Assembly (NCBI GenBank): GCA_963785235.1
Contig: CAWAUM010000003.1
Coordinates: 352,001-416,000, forward strand
Direction of reading: 5' to 3'
Origin: an uncultured delta proteobacterium
GTDB taxonomy: Bacteria; Desulfobacterota; Desulfomonilia; UBA1062
DNA length: 64,000 bases
The notes under the pieces were generated by a model. It had not been told where the DNA came from. It was given only the letters and a program-made list of their open reading frames with translations, and ran no database searches. The first letter of the stretch is position 1. Each line of letters starts with the position of its first letter. Of the stretch, positions 52,029 through 61,132 are shown in pieces. The position numbers and the translations under genes are program-made.

Positions 52029-53242
52029 TGCTGGATGATGGCGATCTTTGAATTGTCGTTCAGTCCCTTGGGTGGGTTTATCACCACGGTATCCCCAGGC
52101 TTGAGCCCCTCTTCCACCTCCACCATGTCGCCGATCACCATGCCGGTTCGCACCTCTTTCTTATGCGCGCGGTCATCCTTCACAACAAAGACGTACCTCT
52201 TCGTGCCAGTGGTCTTAAGGGCGGATACGTTCACCATGGTTCGGGGCCCCTGCTCTCCAGGTTTCAATACCTTCGAGAGGAACCCAACCTTGGCACTCAT
52301 CTCCGGGAGAATGCGCGGGTCATGGCTTGAAAAGCGGACCTTGACCAGAACAGTAGCCTTGGATTTGTCCACGGTAGGGACGATGGTATCCACCACACCT
52401 TCGAACCGTATGTCAGGAAGGGCGTCGAGCATTATGTCACAAGGAAGGCCCACACGCACCAGACCTATGCTGGACTCGGACACATCCACCTCAACCTGCA
52501 GCGAGCTGAGGTCTGCTATTGAGACGACAGCTGCTTTGGCGTTGGCCGCAGAGCCGAAGGGGGTGATGATGTCTCCCACATCGGCATTCTTGGTCAACAC
52601 CACGGCGTTAAAGGGTGAACGGATTTCATAGTACGACAGTGTCACCTGGGCGATCTTGAGCGCTGCTGCCCTCGATTGCTCATCAGCCAGGGACGCATCC
52701 AGTGAGGCTTTTGCACTGAGGTAACGGGACCGGGCTGCATCGTATTCGGATCTGGAAACCGCACCTGAGCTCACAAGCTTTTTCTTGCGTTCGTAGTCCA
52801 ATACGGTATTTCCCATGTCCGCCCTGATCTGTTCGACTCTGGCCTGGGCGGCACTGAGGTTGGCCGTTGCCTGGTCTAACTGGGCCATGGCATCCGCACT
52901 TTCGAGGCGCGCAATCACCTGGCCTTCCCGCACAAGGCTGCCTTCCTGAACCATGATTGCAGTGAGTTGTCCCGTTACCTTTGCCGCAACATCTGCCTTG
53001 CGCTGTGCCACCACATAACCACTCGCCTTGAGTTTTGCCAGCAGCTGTGCCGGATAAACACTCGATACACTTCCAACCTTCACCTCGGCGCCTTTTGACA
53101 GGAACAGCCATGCGAGGAAAATGACAATTGCTACCGTTATCAAGGCGTAAAGAACGAGATATATCGGCCTGGTTGATCGCCGCGCACGTTTATCCTTGGC
53201 GGATCTGGCTATGGCGAGTTTGTCGAGATTGTCACCTTGCAT
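52025..53242 (-). CDS. Efflux periplasmic adaptor (MacA/HlyD type)
   Basis: N-terminal TM, ASGYVVAQRKA, helical hairpin, IRSPFNAVV. Confidence 0.9.
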   Translation of the reverse strand: MQGDNLDKLAIARSAKDKRARRSTRPIYLVLYALITVAIVIFLAWLFLSKGAEVKVGSVSSVYPAQLLAKLKASGYVVAQRKADVAAKVTGQLTAIMVQEGSLVREGQVIARLESADAMAQLDQATANLSAAQARVEQIRADMGNTVLDYERKKKLVSSGAVSRSEYDAARSRYLSAKASLDASLADEQSRAAALKIAQVTLSYYEIRSPFNAVVLTKNADVGDIITPFGSAANAKAAVVSIADLSSLQVEVDVSESSIGLVRVGLPCDIMLDALPDIRFEGVVDTIVPTVDKSKATVLVKVRFSSHDPRILPEMSAKVGFLSKVLKPGEQGPRTMVNVSALKTTGTKRYVFVVKDDRAHKKEVRTGMVIGDMVEVEEGLKPGDTVVINPPKGLNDNSKIAIIQQ

Positions 53243-53468
53243 GGTATATCCTCGCTAATGTTGTCTTTATAAAACCATTCATCAATACCATAATATTCTC
53301 CATCATCGAAAGGTGATTGATAAGGTGATTGATCATGATGAAATTTATTTTCAAATCTTTGCATTTATCGCTTGCATTTTTTATAAGAACGTCTAAAACA
53401 AAAAAAGAAGCTCCACCTCATAGAGGGTGGGAAACAGACCGTTTGAAGGACAGGTAATTTTGGGAGTT

Positions 53469-53534
53469 ATGAGAGTGAATGGGCATTCATTTCAGATCCT
53501 AGCGGCACGGCTGATAGATGCCGCACCGCATTGA
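53469..53534 (+). CDS. Putative 21-aa leader peptide MRVNGHSFQILAARLIDAAPH upstream of kamA
   Basis: GGGAG at 53462-53466 just before ATG (short spacing); lies in a hairpin-rich leader. Confidence 0.3.
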   Translation: MRVNGHSFQILAARLIDAAPH

Positions 53535-53665
53535 CGATCATTTAAGATGATAGTCGCTCGCGGGCATACAAACCTCCCCCCCCGGTGTAATCCAATTTCT
53601 TCAGCAATTATTATTCATCATCGAAAAATATCATGCCGATATTTCACCAAAGGAGGAGTTACAAA

Positions 53666-54973
53666 ATGAAGAACAACGGTCCTGCAGTTTCTGTTCCCCA
53701 TGATGATCCAGACCCCTTAGGTACGGAACCCCCCGAGGAGCCCCCATCGATATCACGCTCACTCGTCCAAGACTTGTTGTTCAAAACCGAGCCTGCACAA
53801 AAATTATCCCTTGTGGGCCGCATACCTGTCAGCCAGCATTCACGGTATTTTCTTCACCGCTTCTTCCCAAAGGTTACTGAGGCTGACTGGTCCAACTGGC
53901 ACTGGCAGATCCGCAACAGCATTACCAGCCTTGAACAGATAAAGAGAATCGTCAACCTCACACACGGTGAATACAGCGCTATCATGAGGCACACGTCGGG
54001 CCTGCCCTTAAGGATCACTCCCTATTATGCCAGCCTGATAAATGCCTGGGAACCATCACAGGCCATCAGACGCGCCGTGGTACCTGTCGGTGATGAGTAT
54101 CTATCATCGCCCGGTGAGGCATTAGACCCGCTGGGCGAGGAAAACCAAAGCCCCGTGCAGGGGCTGGTCCATCGCTACCCTGACCGGGCACTGTTCCTTA
54201 CCACAGGCTTCTGCTCAACATACTGCAGGTACTGCACACGTTCACGCATGGTAGGCAACCATGGCAAGTTCAAAGGCAGCATCGCCCAGTGGCAGGAGGC
54301 TATTGCCTATATCGAAAAGACACCCCGGATCCGCGACGTCCTCCTTTCGGGTGGAGATCCACTGACACTGACAGACAGCCACCTGGACTATCTTCTTTCC
54401 AGCATTTCCCGCATACCCCACGTGGAGGTCATCCGCATCGGCACCAAGGTTCCCGTGGTGTTGCCGCAGAGATTAACGGCACGGCTGCTGAAGATCCTGA
54501 AAAAGTACCAGCCCCTGTGGCTGAGCATCCACTTCACCCATCAAGATGAGCTGACACCCGAGACAAGCGCGGCATGCAATCTCCTGGCTGATGCCGGCAT
54601 ACCGCTCGGCAGCCAGACCGTCCTGCTCAAAGGCATCAACGACGATATACCAACTTTAAAGGCTCTCTTCCATGGCCTTATGAAAATCCGTGTACGGCCA
54701 TACTACCTCTATCAGTGTGACCCTATCCTCGGCTCCTCGCATTTCCGGACCACTGTGGATAAAGGCCTTGAAATGATCGAGGGCCTGCGAGGGCATACTT
54801 CAGGTTATGCAGTGCCGCACTATGTAATTGATGCACCAGGTGGCGGCGGCAAAATCCCGCTCCTGCCCGATTACTATCAGGGCCGGCATAAAGATGAGAT
54901 CATCCTGAGAAACTATGAGGGCAGGACGTTTAGATACCCGGACAAACATACCGAGTGTCCTGTGGCACCTTAG
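53666..54973 (+). CDS. kamA: KamA family radical SAM enzyme (lysine 2,3-aminomutase-like)
   Basis: HRYPDR, CSTYCRYCTRSR, LSGGDPL, YQCD, DAPGGGGK (PLP lysine); SD AGGAGG. Confidence 0.9.
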   Translation: MKNNGPAVSVPHDDPDPLGTEPPEEPPSISRSLVQDLLFKTEPAQKLSLVGRIPVSQHSRYFLHRFFPKVTEADWSNWHWQIRNSITSLEQIKRIVNLTHGEYSAIMRHTSGLPLRITPYYASLINAWEPSQAIRRAVVPVGDEYLSSPGEALDPLGEENQSPVQGLVHRYPDRALFLTTGFCSTYCRYCTRSRMVGNHGKFKGSIAQWQEAIAYIEKTPRIRDVLLSGGDPLTLTDSHLDYLLSSISRIPHVEVIRIGTKVPVVLPQRLTARLLKILKKYQPLWLSIHFTHQDELTPETSAACNLLADAGIPLGSQTVLLKGINDDIPTLKALFHGLMKIRVRPYYLYQCDPILGSSHFRTTVDKGLEMIEGLRGHTSGYAVPHYVIDAPGGGGKIPLLPDYYQGRHKDEIILRNYEGRTFRYPDKHTECPVAP

Positions 54974-54975
54974 AT

Positions 54976-55953
54976 ATGAACATCGGCATCACCTACGACC
55001 TGAGAGACGACTACCTGAGCCAGGGATACAGTTACGAGGAGACCGCCGAGTTCGACCGGATCGACACGATAGACGGGATTGATGAGGCACTTCAGGCTCT
55101 GGGGCACACCACGGACCGTATCGGCAACGTCAAACAGCTCGTTAAAAGACTCGCAGCAGGCCATAGGTGGGACCTGGTGTTCAACATCGCCGAGGGCATG
55201 CACGGCGCTGGAAGAGAGGCGCTGGTGCCTGCTCTTCTGGATGCATATCTTATTCCCTACACATTCTCCGATCCTTTCGTGCTCACGCTCACCCTGCATA
55301 AGGGCCTGACCAAGACCGTCATACGTGCCGCAGGTATTCGCACTGCGGATTTCGCAGTGGTCGAAACGCCAGGTGAAGTCGATTCAATACGCCTTCCCTT
55401 TCCGCTTTTTGTCAAACCCGTAGCAGAAGGTACGGGAAAAGGCATTAATGATTCATCAAAGGTTGACACAACCGAACAACTCTCTGTACTATGTACGCAT
55501 CTGTTGGAAGAGTTCAACCAGCCGGTGCTTGTGGAGACTTACCTGCCCGGCCGTGAATTCACCGCAGGCATCGTAGGAACTGGTCAGGGGGCGCAAGTTA
55601 TAGGCGTTATGGAGGTCCTGTTCAGGAAACACCATGAAGGTGAGAAGATTTACTCTTTTAGCAACAAGTCGAATTACGAAGAGGTCATCGACTATCATAT
55701 CCCCGAGCAGGAGACTGTCCGGGCATGTGCCGATATTGCACTTAAATCGTGGAAGGCCCTTGGGTGCAGGGATGGCGGGAGGGTTGACATCAGGATGGAC
55801 AGACTAGGCCAGCTGAACTTCATTGAGGTAAACCCTTTAGCGGGCCTCAACCCGGCCCATTCGGACCTGCCCATTATATGCAGGCTTCTTAACATCTCAT
55901 ACCAGGATCTCATCGAGGGTATCCTGGCAAGCACAATAAAAAGGCTCTCCTAA
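54976..55953 (+). CDS. D-Ala-D-Ala ligase-like ATP-grasp enzyme 1
   Basis: VFNIAEG, IPYTFSD, FVKPVAEGTGKGI, ETYLPGREFT, RVDIR, EVNPLAGL; lacks Ddl N-terminal GGxSxEH motif. Confidence 0.85.
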   Translation: MNIGITYDLRDDYLSQGYSYEETAEFDRIDTIDGIDEALQALGHTTDRIGNVKQLVKRLAAGHRWDLVFNIAEGMHGAGREALVPALLDAYLIPYTFSDPFVLTLTLHKGLTKTVIRAAGIRTADFAVVETPGEVDSIRLPFPLFVKPVAEGTGKGINDSSKVDTTEQLSVLCTHLLEEFNQPVLVETYLPGREFTAGIVGTGQGAQVIGVMEVLFRKHHEGEKIYSFSNKSNYEEVIDYHIPEQETVRACADIALKSWKALGCRDGGRVDIRMDRLGQLNFIEVNPLAGLNPAHSDLPIICRLLNISYQDLIEGILASTIKRLS

Positions 55954-55963
55954 AAGGGCGTTT

Positions 55964-56953
55964 ATGAGCGAGACCATTCTTATACTCCATCAGCCTGTCC
56001 CAAAAAAAGCAGGACCTGATGACTGGGATGTACTGGACCAGGTAGAAGCAGTGGACATTGAACTGAAAAAGATGGGCTATGATACGCAAATCATACCCTT
56101 TGAGCTCGGGAAAAGAGGTTTCTTATCCGGACTGAAAAACCTTAAGCCCCTTTGTGTATTCAACCTGGTGGAGTGTATCAACGGCGATGGACAGCTCATT
56201 CACCTTGCCTGCTCCTACCTTGACCATCTCAAGATCCCCTATACCGGTGCCGGGGCTGAGGCCATGTTCATCACTTCAAACAAGGTGCTGGCCAAAAGAT
56301 GGATGCAGCTTATGGAAATACCCACTCCGGAGTGGGTCGTGCCGGGCAAACAGATCGAATGTGAGCCCCCCTTCCCTTGCCGGTATATTATTAAGGCCCA
56401 GTGGGAGGAAGCATCCATCGGACTCGATAGTGAATCAGTGGTGGATGTCCGTGACATGGACGAGCTCATGGACCTTCTCCATCAGAAGGCCCTGAAAATC
56501 GGGAAGCCGTGCTTTGCAGAGCGTTATATAGACGGCCGGGAGTTCAACCTTGCACTGCTTGCAGGCAAAGACGGTCCACAAGTTCTTCTGCCGGCCGAGA
56601 TAACCTTTGACTATGCAGAGCATATGCCCAGGATCGTGGACTACAAGGCCAAGTGGATAGAGGGCTCACCTGAATATGAAGGCACGACGCGTGTTCTTGA
56701 CTTTCCACCCGAAGATGCGCCACTGCTCTCAGAGCTCAGGTGCCTTGCGAAGAAGTGTTGGGAAGGCTTTGATCTGAAGGGTTATGCCAGGGTAGATGTC
56801 AGGGTGGACTCCGATAACAAGCCCTGGGTCCTTGAGATAAACGCCAACCCATGCATATCACCCAACGGCGGCTTCATGGCGGCTTCTGAAAAGTCCGGTA
56901 TTCTCTACCACGACATGATAGCCTGCATTGTTCAGGACGCCTTGCGTCAGTAA
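55964..56953 (+). CDS. D-Ala-D-Ala ligase-like ATP-grasp enzyme 2
   Basis: VFNLVE, IPYTG, ERYIDGREFN, DYKAKW, YARVDVR, EINANPC. Confidence 0.85.
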   Translation: MSETILILHQPVPKKAGPDDWDVLDQVEAVDIELKKMGYDTQIIPFELGKRGFLSGLKNLKPLCVFNLVECINGDGQLIHLACSYLDHLKIPYTGAGAEAMFITSNKVLAKRWMQLMEIPTPEWVVPGKQIECEPPFPCRYIIKAQWEEASIGLDSESVVDVRDMDELMDLLHQKALKIGKPCFAERYIDGREFNLALLAGKDGPQVLLPAEITFDYAEHMPRIVDYKAKWIEGSPEYEGTTRVLDFPPEDAPLLSELRCLAKKCWEGFDLKGYARVDVRVDSDNKPWVLEINANPCISPNGGFMAASEKSGILYHDMIACIVQDALRQ

Positions 56954-56989
56954 TCTAAGGGCATCCGCGCCAAGAAAGCACGCCGGTAC

Positions 56990-57472
56990 ATGAAATATTC
57001 CTTTCGAAATCATGTGATTCCTACGGACATGAAAACCGTGAAAGGTATAGTGGAATCAACAGGGTTCTTCACTGCCGAAGAAATCGAGGTTGCAGTTGAG
57101 CTTGTGGATGCAGGACTCTCAGGTGGGTCAATCAGCGACTACCTCTTTCTCTTCTGTGAAGATGAGAGCGGCAAGGTCCTTGGTTATACCTGTTATGGCC
57201 GCATTCCTTGCACTGTTGGCAGCTTCGACCTCTATTGGATAGCTGTACACAAAGACCACCAGGGCTTAAGCATCGGCAAGAAACTTCTGGTAAAGACCGA
57301 AAAGAAAATAAAAACCATGGGCGGCATGGGCGTGTACATCGAGACCTCTTCCCGAGACCTCTACAAGCCCACCCAGGGATTCTACCTTAATGCCGGCTAC
57401 CACCAAGAGGCCACGCTCAAGGATTATTACTCACCGGGCGACAGCAAGATCATCTATGTGAAGCACCTGTAA
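56990..57472 (+). CDS. GNAT family N-acetyltransferase
   Basis: DLYWIAV..QGLSIGKKLL acetyl-CoA motif, IETS..YKPTQGFY..GY. Confidence 0.9.
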   Translation: MKYSFRNHVIPTDMKTVKGIVESTGFFTAEEIEVAVELVDAGLSGGSISDYLFLFCEDESGKVLGYTCYGRIPCTVGSFDLYWIAVHKDHQGLSIGKKLLVKTEKKIKTMGGMGVYIETSSRDLYKPTQGFYLNAGYHQEATLKDYYSPGDSKIIYVKHL

Positions 57473-57476
57473 TGCA

Positions 57477-59027
57477 TTATTTCTTGTCTGCCGGACCACT
57501 CCCCTCGTCTTTCTTGAGCCATTCGATACGGTTCAGTGCATTGATATAGGCCTTTGCCGAGGCCACCAGCACATCAGGGTGTGCACCGTGTCCGGCAACA
57601 GAGCGATTGATATATTTCAGCAGCACCGTGGCTTCGCCCTGGGCATCCGTGCCTCCGGTAACGGCGTTGACGGTATATTTCATCAGGTCATAGCTGGTGC
57701 CGGTGATCTTCCGGATGGCAGCGAAGGTTGCATCAACAGGTCCGACGCCAAATCCCGCATCCTGGACGATCTCCCCGACAATCTCCATCTGCATGGTCGC
57801 AGTAGGGATGGCAACATTACCACTGACCACATTGAGATAAACAAGCTTAAACTTTTCTTCAATCCTCAATACCTCTTCGTAGAGGACGGTCTCGAGGTCT
57901 TCATCAAATATCTCTTTCTTCACATCCGCCAGTTCCTTGAAGCGGACAAAGACCCTGTTCAGTTCATCATCGCTCAGGTCATACCCAAGCTGCTTGAGAT
58001 GCTTGATAATGGCATGACGTCCGGAATGCTTGCCTAATACCATATGGCTCTCAGGTATTCCCACTGACTGCGGGGTCATGATCTCATAGGTGAGCTTATC
58101 TTTTATCAGGCCGTCCTGGTGAATGCCGGATTCGTGGGCAAAGGCATTGGCTCCCACAATGGCCTTGTTCGGCTGGACACGTACACCGGTTATCTGGGTG
58201 AGCAGCCTGGAGGTTTGGTAGATATTTTCCGTCTTGATCCCAGTATGGAGTCCGAACAGGTCTTTGCGCGTCGTAATGGCCATGACAAGTTCTTCCATGG
58301 CGGCATTACCCGCACGCTCACCGATGCCGTTTATGGTGCATTCAACCTGCCTTGCACCGTTTCGAATGGCTGAAAGTGAATTGGCAACCCCCAGGCCGAG
58401 GTCGTTGTGGCAGTGCACGGAAATGATGGATTGAGAGATGTTCTTCACCTTTTCAAACAGAAGGGCAATCAATGCACCGAATTCCTCCGGCATAGCATAA
58501 CCGACTGTGTCCGGGATGTTTACCGTGGTTGCCCCGCTCTCAATGACCGCCTCCACCATTTCACACAGATAGCCTTTGTCGCTTCGTGTGGCATCCATGG
58601 GAGAAAACTCGACATTCTTCGTATACCCGCAGGCATGTTTAACCGCTTCGCACGCCTCTTTCAAGACCTCATCCCTTGTCTTGCGGAGTTGATACTTGAG
58701 GTGGATATCAGATGAAGAAATGAATGTATGGATACGCGGACGGGCGGCATCTTTAATGGCATCCCAAGCCCGATCGATATCCTTGAGGTTGGCCCTTGCC
58801 AGCCCTGCAATCTGCACCCCCCTTATTTCACGGGCAATCTGTCTGACAGAAACAAAGTCGCCCTCGGATGCCACAGGGAAACCTGCTTCGATTATGTCGA
58901 CCCCGAGTTTTTCGAGCTGGCGGGCCAGAAGGAGCTTTTCATCCAGGTTCATACTGCAGCCGGGAGACTGCTCACCATCCCTGAGTGTAGTGTCGAAGAT
59001 AAATACCTTATTCCGAGAGTCATCCAT
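57477..59027 (-). CDS. leuA: 2-isopropylmalate synthase
   Basis: DTTLRDGEQSPG, HCHNDLG, GERAGN, HESGIHQDG, regulatory GPVDA. Confidence 0.97.
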   Translation of the reverse strand: MDDSRNKVFIFDTTLRDGEQSPGCSMNLDEKLLLARQLEKLGVDIIEAGFPVASEGDFVSVRQIAREIRGVQIAGLARANLKDIDRAWDAIKDAARPRIHTFISSSDIHLKYQLRKTRDEVLKEACEAVKHACGYTKNVEFSPMDATRSDKGYLCEMVEAVIESGATTVNIPDTVGYAMPEEFGALIALLFEKVKNISQSIISVHCHNDLGLGVANSLSAIRNGARQVECTINGIGERAGNAAMEELVMAITTRKDLFGLHTGIKTENIYQTSRLLTQITGVRVQPNKAIVGANAFAHESGIHQDGLIKDKLTYEIMTPQSVGIPESHMVLGKHSGRHAIIKHLKQLGYDLSDDELNRVFVRFKELADVKKEIFDEDLETVLYEEVLRIEEKFKLVYLNVVSGNVAIPTATMQMEIVGEIVQDAGFGVGPVDATFAAIRKITGTSYDLMKYTVNAVTGGTDAQGEATVLLKYINRSVAGHGAHPDVLVASAKAYINALNRIEWLKKDEGSGPADKK

Positions 59028-59046
59028 TTCATTCTCCTTTCATATA

Positions 59047-59083
59047 AATAAAAAGGCCATGGACTTTATTGCCCATGGCCTTT
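59047..59083 (-). terminator. Attenuator terminator upstream of leuA
   Basis: Minus strand AAAGGCCATGG-GCAATAAAGT-CCATGGCCTTTTTATTT. Confidence 0.8.
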
Positions 59084-59108
59084 AGGTTTTTGTCAAAATC
59101 TTTTAGTT

Positions 59109-59198
59109 CTAGGGGCAACCTAAAAACGACGGGCGTCGGTTAATTGTTTTAAGGCATAGGAGGAGGAGTGGCTGATAGGTATTCTTGAAAAGCTTCAT
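59109..59198 (-). CDS. Leucine attenuator leader peptide MKLFKNTYQPLLLLCLKTINRRPSFLGCP
   Basis: Purine-rich SD, tandem Leu codons CTC CTC CTC CTA, followed by antiterminator/terminator and leuA. Confidence 0.8.
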   Translation of the reverse strand: MKLFKNTYQPLLLLCLKTINRRPSFLGCP

Positions 59199-59375
59199 CT
59201 TGACCCTTCCTCTCCCTTTCGTAGAGTTTGATATAGTGCTATTAATCCATTTCTATGAGAACTCTCAACATGTCAAGCGAGAAACATTGTATTCAAAAAT
59301 GAACTCGTCAATGGACCAACCAGATCAGACTTTATACTTGACTGTGTATGCATCAGAATCTTACAAGACCTTTTC

Positions 59376-59939
59376 ATGACCGGGGTTGTACTCATTGGCG
59401 GTAAATCCGAGCGATTCGGCAGCGACAAGGTTTTCTCTCAATTCAAGGGCAAGCCGCTGATAGAGCATGTGGTTGATACCATACAACCACTCTTCCATGA
59501 GATTATCCTTATCGGGCATATACGAAAAGGACTGGAAGACTTCCGTGTAGCAGAAGACATCAGACCTGGTTGTGGTCCGCTGGGAGGCATCTATACGGCC
59601 CTTATGGCCACTGATGAAGAGTACTGCTTTGTCTGTGCCACAGATATGCCCAACCTGAATACCGGTCTCATTTCTCATATGATCTCCCAGACAGATGGCC
59701 ATGATATCGTCATGCCCGTCTGGTCCAAGGGCAGGGAGCCTCTCCATGCCGTCTATCGCAGGTCTCTCATCTCCTCTATTGCCACACTGCTTGACCATAA
59801 CATCCTGAGGATCTTCTCTCTCATTGAAAAGGCTGATACCCTTTTCATCCCTGAGGAAACCATAAGGTTGTATGGCGACCCGGCAGTACTGTTCTCGAAC
59901 ATCAACACCCAGCATGACATGATGCGCATCACTTCCTAA
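59376..59939 (+). CDS. mobA: Molybdenum cofactor guanylyltransferase
   Basis: LIGGKSERFGSDK, GPLGGIYTAL, ATDMP, EPLHAVY, NINT. Confidence 0.9.
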   Translation: MTGVVLIGGKSERFGSDKVFSQFKGKPLIEHVVDTIQPLFHEIILIGHIRKGLEDFRVAEDIRPGCGPLGGIYTALMATDEEYCFVCATDMPNLNTGLISHMISQTDGHDIVMPVWSKGREPLHAVYRRSLISSIATLLDHNILRIFSLIEKADTLFIPEETIRLYGDPAVLFSNINTQHDMMRITS

Positions 59940-60253
59940 TATATCGGGGGCTCTCGGATAAATCCGGATTTTGTGTTTGAATGTACCCATAAATACACTG
60001 TGCACTTCAGGTGGCCTTAAGCAAAAACATCGTGGCTATGGATTTGTTTTTTAAAATAGGTCCGTTCAAAACATGCATCTCGCAGCCTCTGTGGAACGGT
60101 AGTTATATCGGTCCTGAAGGTTGCGATATGCATGTTTTGAACGGATTATCCTTTTTATATGCAAGATCTGGGTTAACCGCATATTCTCGAAAAAATCCTT
60201 CTCCATCCCATACCCTTTGATAACCATTACCCCCTTGTGCTATAGGAAGTGCC

Positions 60254-61132
60254 ATGGACAACAGCCGGGTTCAGAAAAGCATGTATGAGCTCATCCACCA
60301 GACATGCACCATACTTCCCCAAGACATCACCTTGGCCCTTGAGAATGCCCTTTCCCATGAAGAAAATGGTTCCATTGCACATGAGACACTTGGCATCATC
60401 ACACAAAGCGCATCCCTTTCATGCAATAAAAGGCTTCCTGTCTGTCAGGATACCGGGGCACTCCTGGCCATCATTGAGGGTCATCCGGATAAATCGGTCT
60501 TCCTGATAGAAAAAGCTATCATAGATGCAACAAGGGCACTCACCAAAGAAGGCATCCTCAGGCAGAACTGCGTGGACCCCCTGAGCGAGAAAAATACCCT
60601 CGACAATACGGGTTTGTACGTCCCGCAGATTCACTTCGAACCCAAAGATGGGCCCACACGGATAGGCATAATGCTCAAGGGTGGGGGCTCTGAGAACATG
60701 AGTACCCAATACAACCTTCCCCTTCAGAGGATACAGGCCCAAAGAGATATGGAAGGCGTAAGGCGCTGCATCCTAGACGGTGTTTTCCAGGCCCAGGGCC
60801 AGGGATGCGCCCCCGGGATCCTTGGGGTATGCATAGGAGGCGACAGGGCTTCAGGCTACCTGATTGCCAAGAAACAGCTTTTCCGTAAACTCCAGGATAT
60901 GAACCCATTGCCTGTTCTGGCTTCTTTGGAGCAGATCATCCTTCAGGAGGCTAACACCTTAGGGATTGGACCCATGGGCCTCGGCGGGAATACCACGCTC
61001 CTGGGGGTGAAGATAGGAACAGCGGGTAGGCACCCTGCGAGTTACTTTGTTACCGTGAGTTATTCGTGCTGGGCCACCAGGCGTTACATGGTTGAGCTCA
61101 CGAATGAAGGGGGCATCCACAAATGGATGTAA
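60254..61132 (+). CDS. Fe-S hydro-lyase (fumarate hydratase/tartrate dehydratase) alpha subunit
   Basis: PVCQDTG, KGGGSEN, GCAPG, GIGPMGLGG, CWATRR. Confidence 0.9.
   Translation: MDNSRVQKSMYELIHQTCTILPQDITLALENALSHEENGSIAHETLGIITQSASLSCNKRLPVCQDTGALLAIIEGHPDKSVFLIEKAIIDATRALTKEGILRQNCVDPLSEKNTLDNTGLYVPQIHFEPKDGPTRIGIMLKGGGSENMSTQYNLPLQRIQAQRDMEGVRRCILDGVFQAQGQGCAPGILGVCIGGDRASGYLIAKKQLFRKLQDMNPLPVLASLEQIILQEANTLGIGPMGLGGNTTLLGVKIGTAGRHPASYFVTVSYSCWATRRYMVELTNEGGIHKWM

Noticed and set aside
53405-53590. Lysine riboswitch upstream of kamA (ATAGAGG resembles its 5' end)
   Set aside because: The other conserved elements (GCCGAA, CUGUC, long kissing P2/P3 arms) are not visible; kept only as an unclassified structured leader.
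53666-54973. KamA as EpmB (EF-P beta-lysylation) or glutamate 2,3-aminomutase
   Set aside because: It is longer than typical EpmB, no efp or epmA is nearby, and the acidic lysine-binding positions are retained.
54976-57472. Microviridin/graspetide cluster (two ATP-grasp + GNAT + ABC transporter)
   Set aside because: The ligases are Ddl-like rather than RimK/MvdC-like, and no precursor with a PFFARFL leader or TxKYPSD core is present.
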